Shown here: in pieces, positions 49,311-58,951 of the stretch | Position numbering within the stretch: the stretch's first letter is position 1 | How the letters are laid out: each line of letters opens with the position of its first letter | NCBI GenBank assembly: GCA_030599585.1 | Contig: JAUVNS010000017.1 | Span: 1-64,000 of the forward strand | DNA: 64,000 bases | Direction: 5' to 3' | Source: Promethearchaeota archaeon | Lineage (GTDB): Archaea > Asgardarchaeota > Lokiarchaeia > Sigyniarchaeales > SOKP01 | Notes under the pieces: model-generated | What the model was told of the DNA's origin: nothing | The model's database searches: none | What the model saw: only the letters and a program-made list of their open reading frames with translations | Made by a program: the position numbers and the translations under genes

Positions 49311-51065
49311 TTGATGCATATAACCATAATATCATATAAAAAATTATCACTGTTGCTCATTGTTGTGGGGATAGTTTTATCAGCAGTATCTATCCTCTCT
49401 GCCGTATCATTGGGGATCACCAGATTGGAATTTTTCAACGAGGAAAATATTGTTTACGAAAAGTTCTCTGTAAAAATGAGTGATGGCGCGTCAATTAAGG
49501 GTGTGCTGTATGTTGATAAGACTCTTTATTCATTTAATAACAACTCCGTTCCTATGATATTAATGTTAAATGGTATAAATGCACGAAAAGAGGATAACAT
49601 AAATAAAGCATATCAGCTTGTTAAAAGAGGTTTTAGTGTTTTTTCTGTGGAACAAAGAGGTCACGGAGAATCAACAGGACCGAGTGGTTTTTTAGGTAAG
49701 GAACCATACGATATGGTGGAGGTTTTAGACTATATTGGGAATCAATACAATTTTCCTAACATTTCTCACACTGCTTTATTTGCATTTTCTTATGGAGGTG
49801 GTATAGGTGCTATTCTTCAAGCCATTGATAGTAGGATCTTTACTACTGTTCTATACCATCCATTAACTTCTCTGAATTTATTTCTTGATATTTTTCCGTT
49901 CCAAAATTTAATTGGAACAACAACTACCATAAACAGGTTAGAAGAGATTCAAGACGCGTTTGATATCGCAAATGAAACTAATACTGAGAATTTATTGCTT
50001 ATTCACGGAACTGGTGATACTTTAATATATCCTAATTCAAGTATAGATTTTTACTCTCTGTTAAATGGCGATAATAGAACCGATATTGAGTTAAAATTGA
50101 GACCTGGATTAAGTCACTCTGCAAATGAATACGATCAAACATCATTAAAATTCTCGCTTGCTTGGTTTCAGTATTATTACTTTAACTCCTCGATTGATAT
50201 TTCTAATTTAGAGTCCGAAATTACACATATATATTTATTTCCTTTAGCGTATCCTAAAAGTGATATATCAGAAAATTCAATTATTATTGCTTCAGTTTTA
50301 TTTTTTATAGCTATAAGTATTCTTGCAATCAAATTTAAAATCCAGCCCGTTTGGGAGAAGATACCTGGAGAAAAATCCCCATTCGATGAAAAAATTGCAA
50401 ATGAGAAATATAAAAAAATGATTATCTATCGTTCTAGTGCTTATCTCCTTACAGCTCTCATAACAGGCATTTTTTGCTCAATTTTTAACGTTTCATTAAT
50501 GTTTGGTTATTTCATCCTCTATCCAATAGTAACTCTAATCATTCTCCTTTTTATACCAAGTGAACTGCATTCAAATTGGAAGAATGAATGGAGAAGTTGG
50601 ATTAAGCACGACTTTTTACTATTTTTCTATACATTTTTAACAATTCTTATTCCTATGGTTCTATTTTTGATTATTTACAATTTAAACGCTACAATTATGC
50701 TAAAATCGTTCATTCCCATTATAAATACATCGCTGTTCATATCATTAGCGATAGGACTAGGGTCAGGAATTATGGATTATATGTATTTAAGAGAATTTAA
50801 TCCAAAACACACTTATATTTTAATGGTAATACGGTTAGCCTCGTTGTTGATTTTTATCATATTTGTCCCTATTCCGCCCTACCCTTTGCTTGGAGGCGTA
50901 ATTTCACTTATTGGGTTCTTTGCTTTATTTGGAGTATTCACCTTTTACATTAGACAATTGGTTATGTATTTATCAAAGTTTTATAAAAGCAGTTTGGCGC
51001 TTTACTGCTTAGTAATGTGTCCGCTTATTATTTTTTATGTCAAGATTTTTTTTAGAATTGTGTAA
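49311..51065 (+). CDS. Alpha/beta hydrolase fused to a multi-pass membrane domain
   Basis: RGHGES, FSYGG nucleophile elbow, HGTGD, His; about 8 C-terminal TM helices. Confidence 0.8.
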   Translation: MMHITIISYKKLSLLLIVVGIVLSAVSILSAVSLGITRLEFFNEENIVYEKFSVKMSDGASIKGVLYVDKTLYSFNNNSVPMILMLNGINARKEDNINKAYQLVKRGFSVFSVEQRGHGESTGPSGFLGKEPYDMVEVLDYIGNQYNFPNISHTALFAFSYGGGIGAILQAIDSRIFTTVLYHPLTSLNLFLDIFPFQNLIGTTTTINRLEEIQDAFDIANETNTENLLLIHGTGDTLIYPNSSIDFYSLLNGDNRTDIELKLRPGLSHSANEYDQTSLKFSLAWFQYYYFNSSIDISNLESEITHIYLFPLAYPKSDISENSIIIASVLFFIAISILAIKFKIQPVWEKIPGEKSPFDEKIANEKYKKMIIYRSSAYLLTALITGIFCSIFNVSLMFGYFILYPIVTLIILLFIPSELHSNWKNEWRSWIKHDFLLFFYTFLTILIPMVLFLIIYNLNATIMLKSFIPIINTSLFISLAIGLGSGIMDYMYLREFNPKHTYILMVIRLASLLIFIIFVPIPPYPLLGGVISLIGFFALFGVFTFYIRQLVMYLSKFYKSSLALYCLVMCPLIIFYVKIFFRIV

Positions 51066-51156
51066 AAAAACTCGAGTTTAGAATTTATTATAATTTAATT
51101 TAAATTTTCTAAACAGCAATTTAACTTATTAAAATAACAACTTAGTTGCATCAAAG

Positions 51157-52371
51157 TTGACACGATATCTTAAATCAAAATTTGCGATTTTAATTACAAT
51201 TTCAGTTTCGTTACTGTTTTCTCTTACGGTATGGTTCAGTGTAAACGCTATTGTAGATCAACTGATAAATTTATGGGCGCTAAATGAATATGACATAGCT
51301 ATACTAAGTATGATACTTATATTTGGATTTGTTACAGGGGGTGTTTTTTCAGCGCTTTTAAATTTGTCAGATACAATAAAAACAAAAAACTTCTATAGCC
51401 TTTTTGCAGGATTGAGTGCTTTAACTAATTTTTTAGTGATTTTTTCTCCTAATTTTTTATGGTTATTATTATTCCGTTTTTTCACGGGTTTTTTTCTCGC
51501 TGGTGTTTATCCCACAGCTATGAAGCTTATGGCATCTTGGTTTCAAAAACATCGAGGTTTAGCGGTTGGGATATTACTTGGTGCCTTAACTGCAGGGTCT
51601 GGACTTCCCTACGTATTTAATATCATAGGTTCGCCTGAATGGCGACTATTATTAAGTATATCATCTCTCCTGGCTTTAATAGGTTCAGTTTTGATATATC
51701 TATTTATTACTGAAGGTCCTTATGTATCCCATGGTGCGAAATTTAAACTCTCAAATTTGAAGGTAATTTGGGCAAAAAATTCAGTTAAGTACGCAAATTT
51801 AGCCTATTTTGGCCATATGTGGGAACTTTATGCTTTTTGGGTTTGGATTCCTGTTTTTCTTAAAGAATCTTATAATTTGTCTTATCCAAGTGGAGATGCT
51901 ACATTATTTTTTTCGATTGGAACGTTTATAGTCTTTATTAGTGGTGCTTTAGGTAACGCCTTTGGAGGATTGCTCGCCGATCGAATCGGAAGAACAAAAT
52001 TTAACATTATAATGCTGATCATAAGTGGATCTAGTTCGTTAATAATTGGATTTTTTTTTAATAATACAATATTGGCTTTAATAATTGCTGTAATCTGGGG
52101 TATTACTGTTGTTCCAGACTCACCTCAATATTCCGTTATGATAACCGAATTGAGTGATCCGGATTACATTGGCACTTCTTTAACAGTTCAAACCTCTGTG
52201 GGTTTTGGAATTACTTTAATCTCCATAAGGTTGTTGCCTTCCTTTGTACACACGGTAAGTTGGTCATTTGGATTTACGCTATTAGCTTTAGGTCCTTTAA
52301 TAGGAATTTTATCTTTGATCCTACTTCGCAAAGAACCTGATTCTACAAAAATAGGTCAAGGTAAAAAATAA
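51157..52371 (+). CDS. MFS transporter
   Basis: RFFTGFFLAGVYP, GHMWELYAFW, GLLADRIGR. Confidence 0.9.
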   Translation: MTRYLKSKFAILITISVSLLFSLTVWFSVNAIVDQLINLWALNEYDIAILSMILIFGFVTGGVFSALLNLSDTIKTKNFYSLFAGLSALTNFLVIFSPNFLWLLLFRFFTGFFLAGVYPTAMKLMASWFQKHRGLAVGILLGALTAGSGLPYVFNIIGSPEWRLLLSISSLLALIGSVLIYLFITEGPYVSHGAKFKLSNLKVIWAKNSVKYANLAYFGHMWELYAFWVWIPVFLKESYNLSYPSGDATLFFSIGTFIVFISGALGNAFGGLLADRIGRTKFNIIMLIISGSSSLIIGFFFNNTILALIIAVIWGITVVPDSPQYSVMITELSDPDYIGTSLTVQTSVGFGITLISIRLLPSFVHTVSWSFGFTLLALGPLIGILSLILLRKEPDSTKIGQGKK

Positions 52372-52445
52372 GTTATAGCTTATAAAATATTAAATTCTAT
52401 TACATACTCTGTTAAATTAACGTATTTTAATGATTTAAATAGAAA

Positions 52446-53417
52446 TTGATGAAAATGAAGCCTATTATAATTAGTTTAGGAGAATTATTAGTCGAGATAA
52501 TGCGTACGGAAGTTGATGTGCCACACGGGAGAATCGGTTCTTATTATAAAGGTCCATTTCCAAGTGGAGCTCCTGCCATATTTATAAACACGGCCACTCG
52601 GATGTCTAAATCATTTAATTTAACTACAGGTTTTATTGGAGTTGTTGGAAACGATGAATTTGGAGAAGAAGTTCGTAAAAAATTAAAATCTGATGGTGTT
52701 GATATTTCTAAAATACGGATTGATAATTTAAGAACTACTGGAATAGCTTTTAATCAATATAATTCAGATGGCACTCGAAAATTTATTTTTGCTGTTGGAG
52801 CGGCAGGACAAACTTCTCCTGACGATATTAATGAGGAATACTTTTCGAACGTACAAGTTCTTCACATTATGGGGAGTTCTCTTTCAATAAGTGAAAGTTC
52901 CCGGAAATCATGCTATAAGGCAATTGAGATTGCAAAATCTTTAAATCCACAAACTATTATTTCATTTGATCCAAATTTACGACCAGAAATGTTAGATATT
53001 AAGACGATTATCGAAATTTCTAAACCAGTATTAGACAAGACTACCATATTATTCCCAAGTGGGGAAGAAGCAGAAATGCTAGCTGGTATTAAAGGTGCTG
53101 AAAAAGCTTGTAAAAAATTGCTGGAAATGGGACCCAAAATAGTAGTCTTAAAACAAGGAAAAGATGGTTGCACCATATATTCTTCAGAAGATACTAATGG
53201 AATTAAAATTAAAGGGTTTGAAGTAGAAGAAATTGACCCTACTGGCGCAGGAGACTCGTTTGATGGTGCCTTTATAGTTGGATATTTAGCGGGGTGGGAT
53301 TTAAAAAGAATTGGAATGTTTGCAAATGCCACTGGAGCTTTGAAAGTTCAGTTTTTTGGACCTATGGCTAATGATACATATGAAGATGTATTGAAATTAA
53401 TGGATAAGAAGATTTAG
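52446..53417 (+). CDS. PfkB-family sugar kinase
   Basis: SGAPA, VGNDEFG, FDPNLR, DPTGAGDSF. Confidence 0.92.
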   Translation: MMKMKPIIISLGELLVEIMRTEVDVPHGRIGSYYKGPFPSGAPAIFINTATRMSKSFNLTTGFIGVVGNDEFGEEVRKKLKSDGVDISKIRIDNLRTTGIAFNQYNSDGTRKFIFAVGAAGQTSPDDINEEYFSNVQVLHIMGSSLSISESSRKSCYKAIEIAKSLNPQTIISFDPNLRPEMLDIKTIIEISKPVLDKTTILFPSGEEAEMLAGIKGAEKACKKLLEMGPKIVVLKQGKDGCTIYSSEDTNGIKIKGFEVEEIDPTGAGDSFDGAFIVGYLAGWDLKRIGMFANATGALKVQFFGPMANDTYEDVLKLMDKKI

Positions 53418-53433
53418 TTTTTCTTAATTAGGC

Positions 53434-55416
53434 TTACTTTAAATGTAGAGAAAATACTTTAGCAGCTATTATTTGATCATTTTTAATCGTATAGTATCTA
53501 AATCCGGGGGGTTTAAATTTGAATTTAGCAGAAAGGGGACCAACTGCTTGCGTTTGAAATACAAAGGGCTTATTAACATCGAACCATATCTTTAAATCGA
53601 GTAGGTTTTTGAATTCTTTAAATTTATCCCGATATCGTGAGGTGTAAATTTCACATGGTACCTCAATGTAAATAGGAAAAAACCAAAAACCAAAATTAAT
53701 CCTATCTGTTTTTTTAGCTTCTCTTAACCTGTACTCTTTTAAGGTGTGAGTATGCCCACACACTACAAGATCTACTTTTCTTCTAATGACTTTATCTGAA
53801 CCGGTAAAAATTCTCAAAATTGTTGACCAGTTATACATAATTGTTTGATATTTGAGGTTTAATATCGTATCCAATCTTCCAGTTTCATTATAGCTTCTTA
53901 AATTACTCTCGTAGAAGTCTGACCATTTTAATGGTCTATTCTTGATGTTCAATTTTTTTTTATATTTTCTCCTCTTGTATCGACTAAGGTTTGGGGAAAC
54001 CGGAGGAGTATGCATAACTACTATAATTTTTTCATTATGAGCTATTTGAATAAAGGCACGTAATAAATCTACTTGGTATTCTTTAATTCCTTTCGTACTT
54101 GGCCCGCCTTTTAATAAGTCATGCATATCTGCAATTGAATCTTGACCTGTATCAAGGAATATAAAATTGTAATGTTTTCCTATCTTAAGATTAAAGTTGA
54201 GATTTGGATTGATATATCTAAAATAGTCTTTCAAATATTTGTCATGAGATCTAAGAGCGGTGAAGTAGTTAAAGAATTTAGTATCGTAATAGCCTTTTAC
54301 ATCTTTATGAGTCATGCCAAATATTCTATGAATTTGACCAAAACGCATTCCATAGTGGTTTGACCTATAGTCATGATTACCAATTGTTGTAAAAATAGGT
54401 ACCATAATTTCTTGGGAATTAACATACTCATCATCAGAACCTAAAAACGGTGGTTTATCCAATCCTTTATTTCTTCCGAGTAAAATATCTAAAAAGACAA
54501 TGTAATTGTTCTTATATTGATAGTTTCCTCTCGCTATGGTTAAATAATCTATTAAATCCCCAGTCATAAGCATGAAATCCAAGTTCTTCTGCGAGGATTT
54601 TGTGTTTGCAAAACTAATTAACTTTCTCAGATTGGAATTGAAGTTAAATTTAGCTTTTCGTAAATCTTCCCATCGATCTTCTTGAAACTCTTCTTTAAAT
54701 TCAAAATCTCTTGTGAGAACAAATGTATCTACTTTTTTTTTTTTTTCATTAGTTTTACATCGCTCGATCTTAATCCTTGCCTTATCTTTTAGATAATGTA
54801 AGATGAAGTCATTTCTTCGAGCAATATGGAAGTCAGTAGCGTGAATGAAACTGAAATCATTCCAATCTTTATTAAAAATAGCGATGCTGTGGTAATTAAC
54901 CTTGTTCTCGGTTAAATTAGGGATATCGTGTACGATGTCAAATAAAAGAAAATCTCTAGTATTAGTTTTTAGCATTTTCTCAATGCTCAAGATGTCCCGA
55001 ATTTCTACTTTAATTCTATAGAGTTCTTTCCTTTTTCCAAATACATCGTCAAATTGAAATACACTATTGTTGATATCCCATACAATACAATTCTCTTCTT
55101 CTAAAACGGGTTGATCTCTGAAATCTAATTTTTCAATTTTTTCGATTTGAACTAAATGTAGGTCAATTAAGGTTCCTCTTCTCTTTTCAAAATCGCCACT
55201 CGCTTTTAAAATTGGTTGAATAAATAAATTTTGGTGAAAATGTTCCAAAATATTTTGAGTTGAATGGGATTTAGATGCAATAACGAGGGCTTCGAACGAT
55301 AAATTCTTAATTGGAAACTGAGCGGGCTCTTGATAATCCCTTAAATTTAGTAATATTGGTTTGCCTATATTTGGTGATATAATTATGGGATATAATCCTA
55401 ATTTTAGGTCAATCAT
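53434..55416 (-). CDS. Calcineurin-like metallophosphoesterase with a long N-terminal extension
   Basis: TDFH, TGDLID, GNHD, HTP, GHTH. Confidence 0.8.
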   Translation of the reverse strand: MIDLKLGLYPIIISPNIGKPILLNLRDYQEPAQFPIKNLSFEALVIASKSHSTQNILEHFHQNLFIQPILKASGDFEKRRGTLIDLHLVQIEKIEKLDFRDQPVLEEENCIVWDINNSVFQFDDVFGKRKELYRIKVEIRDILSIEKMLKTNTRDFLLFDIVHDIPNLTENKVNYHSIAIFNKDWNDFSFIHATDFHIARRNDFILHYLKDKARIKIERCKTNEKKKKVDTFVLTRDFEFKEEFQEDRWEDLRKAKFNFNSNLRKLISFANTKSSQKNLDFMLMTGDLIDYLTIARGNYQYKNNYIVFLDILLGRNKGLDKPPFLGSDDEYVNSQEIMVPIFTTIGNHDYRSNHYGMRFGQIHRIFGMTHKDVKGYYDTKFFNYFTALRSHDKYLKDYFRYINPNLNFNLKIGKHYNFIFLDTGQDSIADMHDLLKGGPSTKGIKEYQVDLLRAFIQIAHNEKIIVVMHTPPVSPNLSRYKRRKYKKKLNIKNRPLKWSDFYESNLRSYNETGRLDTILNLKYQTIMYNWSTILRIFTGSDKVIRRKVDLVVCGHTHTLKEYRLREAKKTDRINFGFWFFPIYIEVPCEIYTSRYRDKFKEFKNLLDLKIWFDVNKPFVFQTQAVGPLSAKFKFKPPGFRYYTIKNDQIIAAKVFSLHLK

Positions 55417-55533
55417 ATGTAACTCGATAAAAATTAGAAGAAATTAACTTAATAATTATTATTTGATTTCTTACATTAAAATAATTTAGTTACAATAATT
55501 TTCACATAAGAATTTCTTGAAAAGTGTTTTTAC

Positions 55534-57003
55534 ATGGAAAGATTATACCAGCCAGATTTTAGTTCTATTTTTGGGGCAAAATATGCAAATGCGTTTACCT
55601 ATGGACAAATTGATTCTTTAATATGGCCAATTTTTAACGATATCGAAGGATCCAAAGCTTTAATAAAACTTTTAGAACTAAAAAATCACGACGGGAGAAG
55701 TTACTTTTATAATAGAAAAATAAGTATTGAAGATGAGAAAGTAGAGTTGTTTTCCTCAAATGTTAAAAACGGATTTGTTCAAGCAATGGATTTAAATAAA
55801 TCTTATGGGATTACCAATGACGATGTTTTATCTGTCGTAGGAAGTGACCCTGAGATCTTTAAAGGAATTTTATCTTTTAATCTTGAGAACAGTGCTATCG
55901 CAGATTTAGAATCAAAAGCAAATCAAATTCCTGTTGTTGGAGTTGTTCTTTATCCCTCTTTTTGCAAAATTGATATAACTGATGTTAATAACCAGAATTT
56001 ACTTGAATTACTTAACTATTGTAAAAAAAAGGAATACTTCGTGAAAATTGATGTAGGAAATATGAATCTACCAGAAAATTACGCTGAATATACGACATAT
56101 GATAAAGTTAAGTCGTTTTTATCAAGAAATCCAGAAATTATCTTCGTTTTAAGTGGATTGGATATTTCAGGAGATTTTAATCTGTATTACCAGCTATTAA
56201 AATTGTACAATAACTTATGGATTGAGATGGATCCGCGAAATTTTGGAGGAATGACACCAACTGATTGTTTTACGGAACTTTTCTCAATAAAAGGATTTAT
56301 TCAAAATGCTTGGCACAGGATAATAATAGGAAGTGCGACACCCACCTTGGAAATATCTCAGATGAAGAGAGGATTCTTGGAAGCAACAGAAATTTTAAAT
56401 TTTCCACAGAGAAATTTGTTGAAAAGTTGGGCTTTTAGAAACGCTAATAGGTTATGTCTTGCTATATTTGAGCCTATAATCGATCCAAACTTGTTTGGAG
56501 CCGTTAAAGAAATAAAAAAAATTAAACAAATTGAAAATGATAACGATGTAATTATTTCATATAATGTAAAGTTGAGAAGTTTTGCTATTACTCAATTATT
56601 ATTTATCACAGACCTAATAAAAAATCTCTATAAATCTTGTTTAGAAAAAAACCCTCATTTTACTGATGGGGAAATATTTATCAGATCCTACCATACAACT
56701 GTTAGTTTAATTATCAACGAGCATGAATTCGGTAATTATCTTGATATGCATTATAAGTTTGCAGAAATTTCTTCAAGGGATAGCTCTCAATTTCTACATA
56801 CCGTAAGGGCCCTAGAGAACCGCCCTGATTTCAACCACTTTGATCATGATATGGCAAATGAATATAGCAATCGACAATTAATTTTACCCGTTCTTGATGG
56901 TGAAATTAAAATTGGCGGGCGGGAAAATTTTTATGCTTTAGTAACTTTTGGTCCTAGAACATTTAACATTCACATCAAGATTAAGCTAACTAAAGGTAAA
57001 TAA
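55534..57003 (+). CDS. Amidohydrolase-like domain fused to a YjbQ/UPF0047 domain
   Basis: The C-terminal HTTVSLIINE matches YjbQ. The N-terminal part has NLWIE, RIIIGS and NANRL, resembling amidohydrolase barrels. Confidence 0.6.
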   Translation: MERLYQPDFSSIFGAKYANAFTYGQIDSLIWPIFNDIEGSKALIKLLELKNHDGRSYFYNRKISIEDEKVELFSSNVKNGFVQAMDLNKSYGITNDDVLSVVGSDPEIFKGILSFNLENSAIADLESKANQIPVVGVVLYPSFCKIDITDVNNQNLLELLNYCKKKEYFVKIDVGNMNLPENYAEYTTYDKVKSFLSRNPEIIFVLSGLDISGDFNLYYQLLKLYNNLWIEMDPRNFGGMTPTDCFTELFSIKGFIQNAWHRIIIGSATPTLEISQMKRGFLEATEILNFPQRNLLKSWAFRNANRLCLAIFEPIIDPNLFGAVKEIKKIKQIENDNDVIISYNVKLRSFAITQLLFITDLIKNLYKSCLEKNPHFTDGEIFIRSYHTTVSLIINEHEFGNYLDMHYKFAEISSRDSSQFLHTVRALENRPDFNHFDHDMANEYSNRQLILPVLDGEIKIGGRENFYALVTFGPRTFNIHIKIKLTKGK

Positions 57004-57441
57004 CCCTATAAAATTTATCCAATCTATTGTTATAATGCAATTATCAAGCACAATAGATTAAAAATCCATTGAACATTCTAAGTTCACAAATATCTTCTAA
57101 ATTTATCAAGAATATTCTAATTGGGCTACATACTATTAAATTCTACTATTAAACGGTGGTATCAATTTTTTATCTTTCTATAGATACTCCTATATAAATT
57201 TATTGCTTGAAATAGAGACGAAATACCCCCAAAAGAAAATAAACTCAAAAGTTTAAATATTTGTAATAAGTATATTTTATAAAGAAGTAAGTGAGTTGGA
57301 GAAAATGAATTCTGATTTGTGTCAACATTTAGTTGAACAAAAAAAAGCCAATTTTTTACTTTATAATAAATATTAAATTATAGAATCCCAATTCTCCTTT
57401 TATTGAATGAAATTCAAAAAATCCTAAAATAAAACTATAAT

Positions 57442-58890
57442 ATGACTGACGAGATCAAAGAGACGGAAAAAGCAGAAGAGAAGTCTGAAAAAGACATTGA
57501 TAAAATAGACAAAGAATACTTATCAAAAGCTAAAAATTCCAGAGATCTCATTGATAAGAAACTTAGAACCTTTGAAGATAGCATTGAAAACATCTCTGAC
57601 ACTATAAAAAATGGTGATACTGAACCGGAGAAAAAGGAGAGGAAACCTGAGAAAATAAGCGAAGAAGTTCGAGAAGCCCAAATAAAGTTAGATTCAATTC
57701 AAGCTAAAATTGATGATAAGGAAGAATACTTAACTGCGATTGAGGAGACCATTAAAACGCTTGAAGAGAGATATAACCACAAAAATGAAGATATGCAAAA
57801 TTTAGAAGAACGTTTTGAAATTGTTACGGAAAGTAAAGATACTCTAGAAGAGGAGTATAAAGAACTCTTAAGGAATAACGAGCAATTAGTTCATACTTTT
57901 GAAACTAGACAAGTTGATTTAATTGTACTTACAGATAGTGTTAAAGAAAAGGTTTCTAATCAAGAAGAATTCCGCTCTAAACTTGTCAAATTAAATCAAG
58001 AAATTCAAGAGAAAGAGTCTTTACTTGAGAGACAAGGAGAAAATGCGGAAGCTTTAGAGAAAAAAATCAAGAGTCTAACGGCTGAAAACGAGACTCTAAA
58101 AGTTTCAATCGTTAAAAATAAGTTTGAATTAGATCACACAAACAACGAAATTGAAGTTAAAGAAGAAGAGAAGAAGCTTTTATCCGAGCAAATTGAAAAA
58201 AACGAAACTCGCATTAAAATTATAGAAAGAAACATTGAGGATTATAAAGATGGTTTTCCTGAAATGGAAAAACAAAGAGAAACGTACGAAGAACTAATCG
58301 CAAAATATAAAATTCAACTCTCTGAAAAACAGGAGTTATTAATTGATGTTGAATCTAAAATTCAACAGCATAATGACGTAATAAACTCTATTGATGAACA
58401 GATTTTAAGTAAAGAAAATCTAGTAAAAGCTAATGAGATAAGATTAGAAGATTTAAAAAAAGATATTGAGGTTACTAGTCTAGAGTATGCTGAGAGAGAG
58501 GAAAGAATGGCTTCTCTCGATGAAAAATTAAGTTATATGAATGTAGAGCATGAAAAACTTGTAAAATCTAAGGAAGTAATAGACCTCAGTACAAATGATG
58601 CTAAACTCCTTCTTCAAAAGCTAAAACTTGAGCTCGATACGCAAGAGGAGGAAATTCGAGATAAAGAAAGTAGAATTCATCGGTTAGAATTCCTCTCATT
58701 AGTTTACAGATTATCAAAATTTTTTGGTGGGATTCTTATTGGTGTAGGAATTCTTATAATAATTGTAGTACTTTTTGGCCTTACGGGAATATTAAATTTC
58801 GCTGATATTGAAATATTGCTTTTTATCATACTTATAATAGCTGGAATCTTCTCAGTTGTTAGTGGAATCTTTCATTTGGAGAAATCATAA
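57442..58890 (+). CDS. Long coiled-coil protein with two C-terminal TM helices
   Basis: About 400 aa of E/K heptad-rich sequence, then a hydrophobic hairpin. Confidence 0.8.
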   Translation: MTDEIKETEKAEEKSEKDIDKIDKEYLSKAKNSRDLIDKKLRTFEDSIENISDTIKNGDTEPEKKERKPEKISEEVREAQIKLDSIQAKIDDKEEYLTAIEETIKTLEERYNHKNEDMQNLEERFEIVTESKDTLEEEYKELLRNNEQLVHTFETRQVDLIVLTDSVKEKVSNQEEFRSKLVKLNQEIQEKESLLERQGENAEALEKKIKSLTAENETLKVSIVKNKFELDHTNNEIEVKEEEKKLLSEQIEKNETRIKIIERNIEDYKDGFPEMEKQRETYEELIAKYKIQLSEKQELLIDVESKIQQHNDVINSIDEQILSKENLVKANEIRLEDLKKDIEVTSLEYAEREERMASLDEKLSYMNVEHEKLVKSKEVIDLSTNDAKLLLQKLKLELDTQEEEIRDKESRIHRLEFLSLVYRLSKFFGGILIGVGILIIIVVLFGLTGILNFADIEILLFIILIIAGIFSVVSGIFHLEKS

Positions 58891-58951
58891 TTGGATGCTT
58901 TTTTAATAATAAGATCCTTTAATTATAAAATAATAAATTCCAAAAAGAAAA

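Noticed and set aside
57305-57376. 23-codon ORF MNSDLCQHLVEQKKANFLLYNKY
   Set aside because: Too short, with no supporting features.
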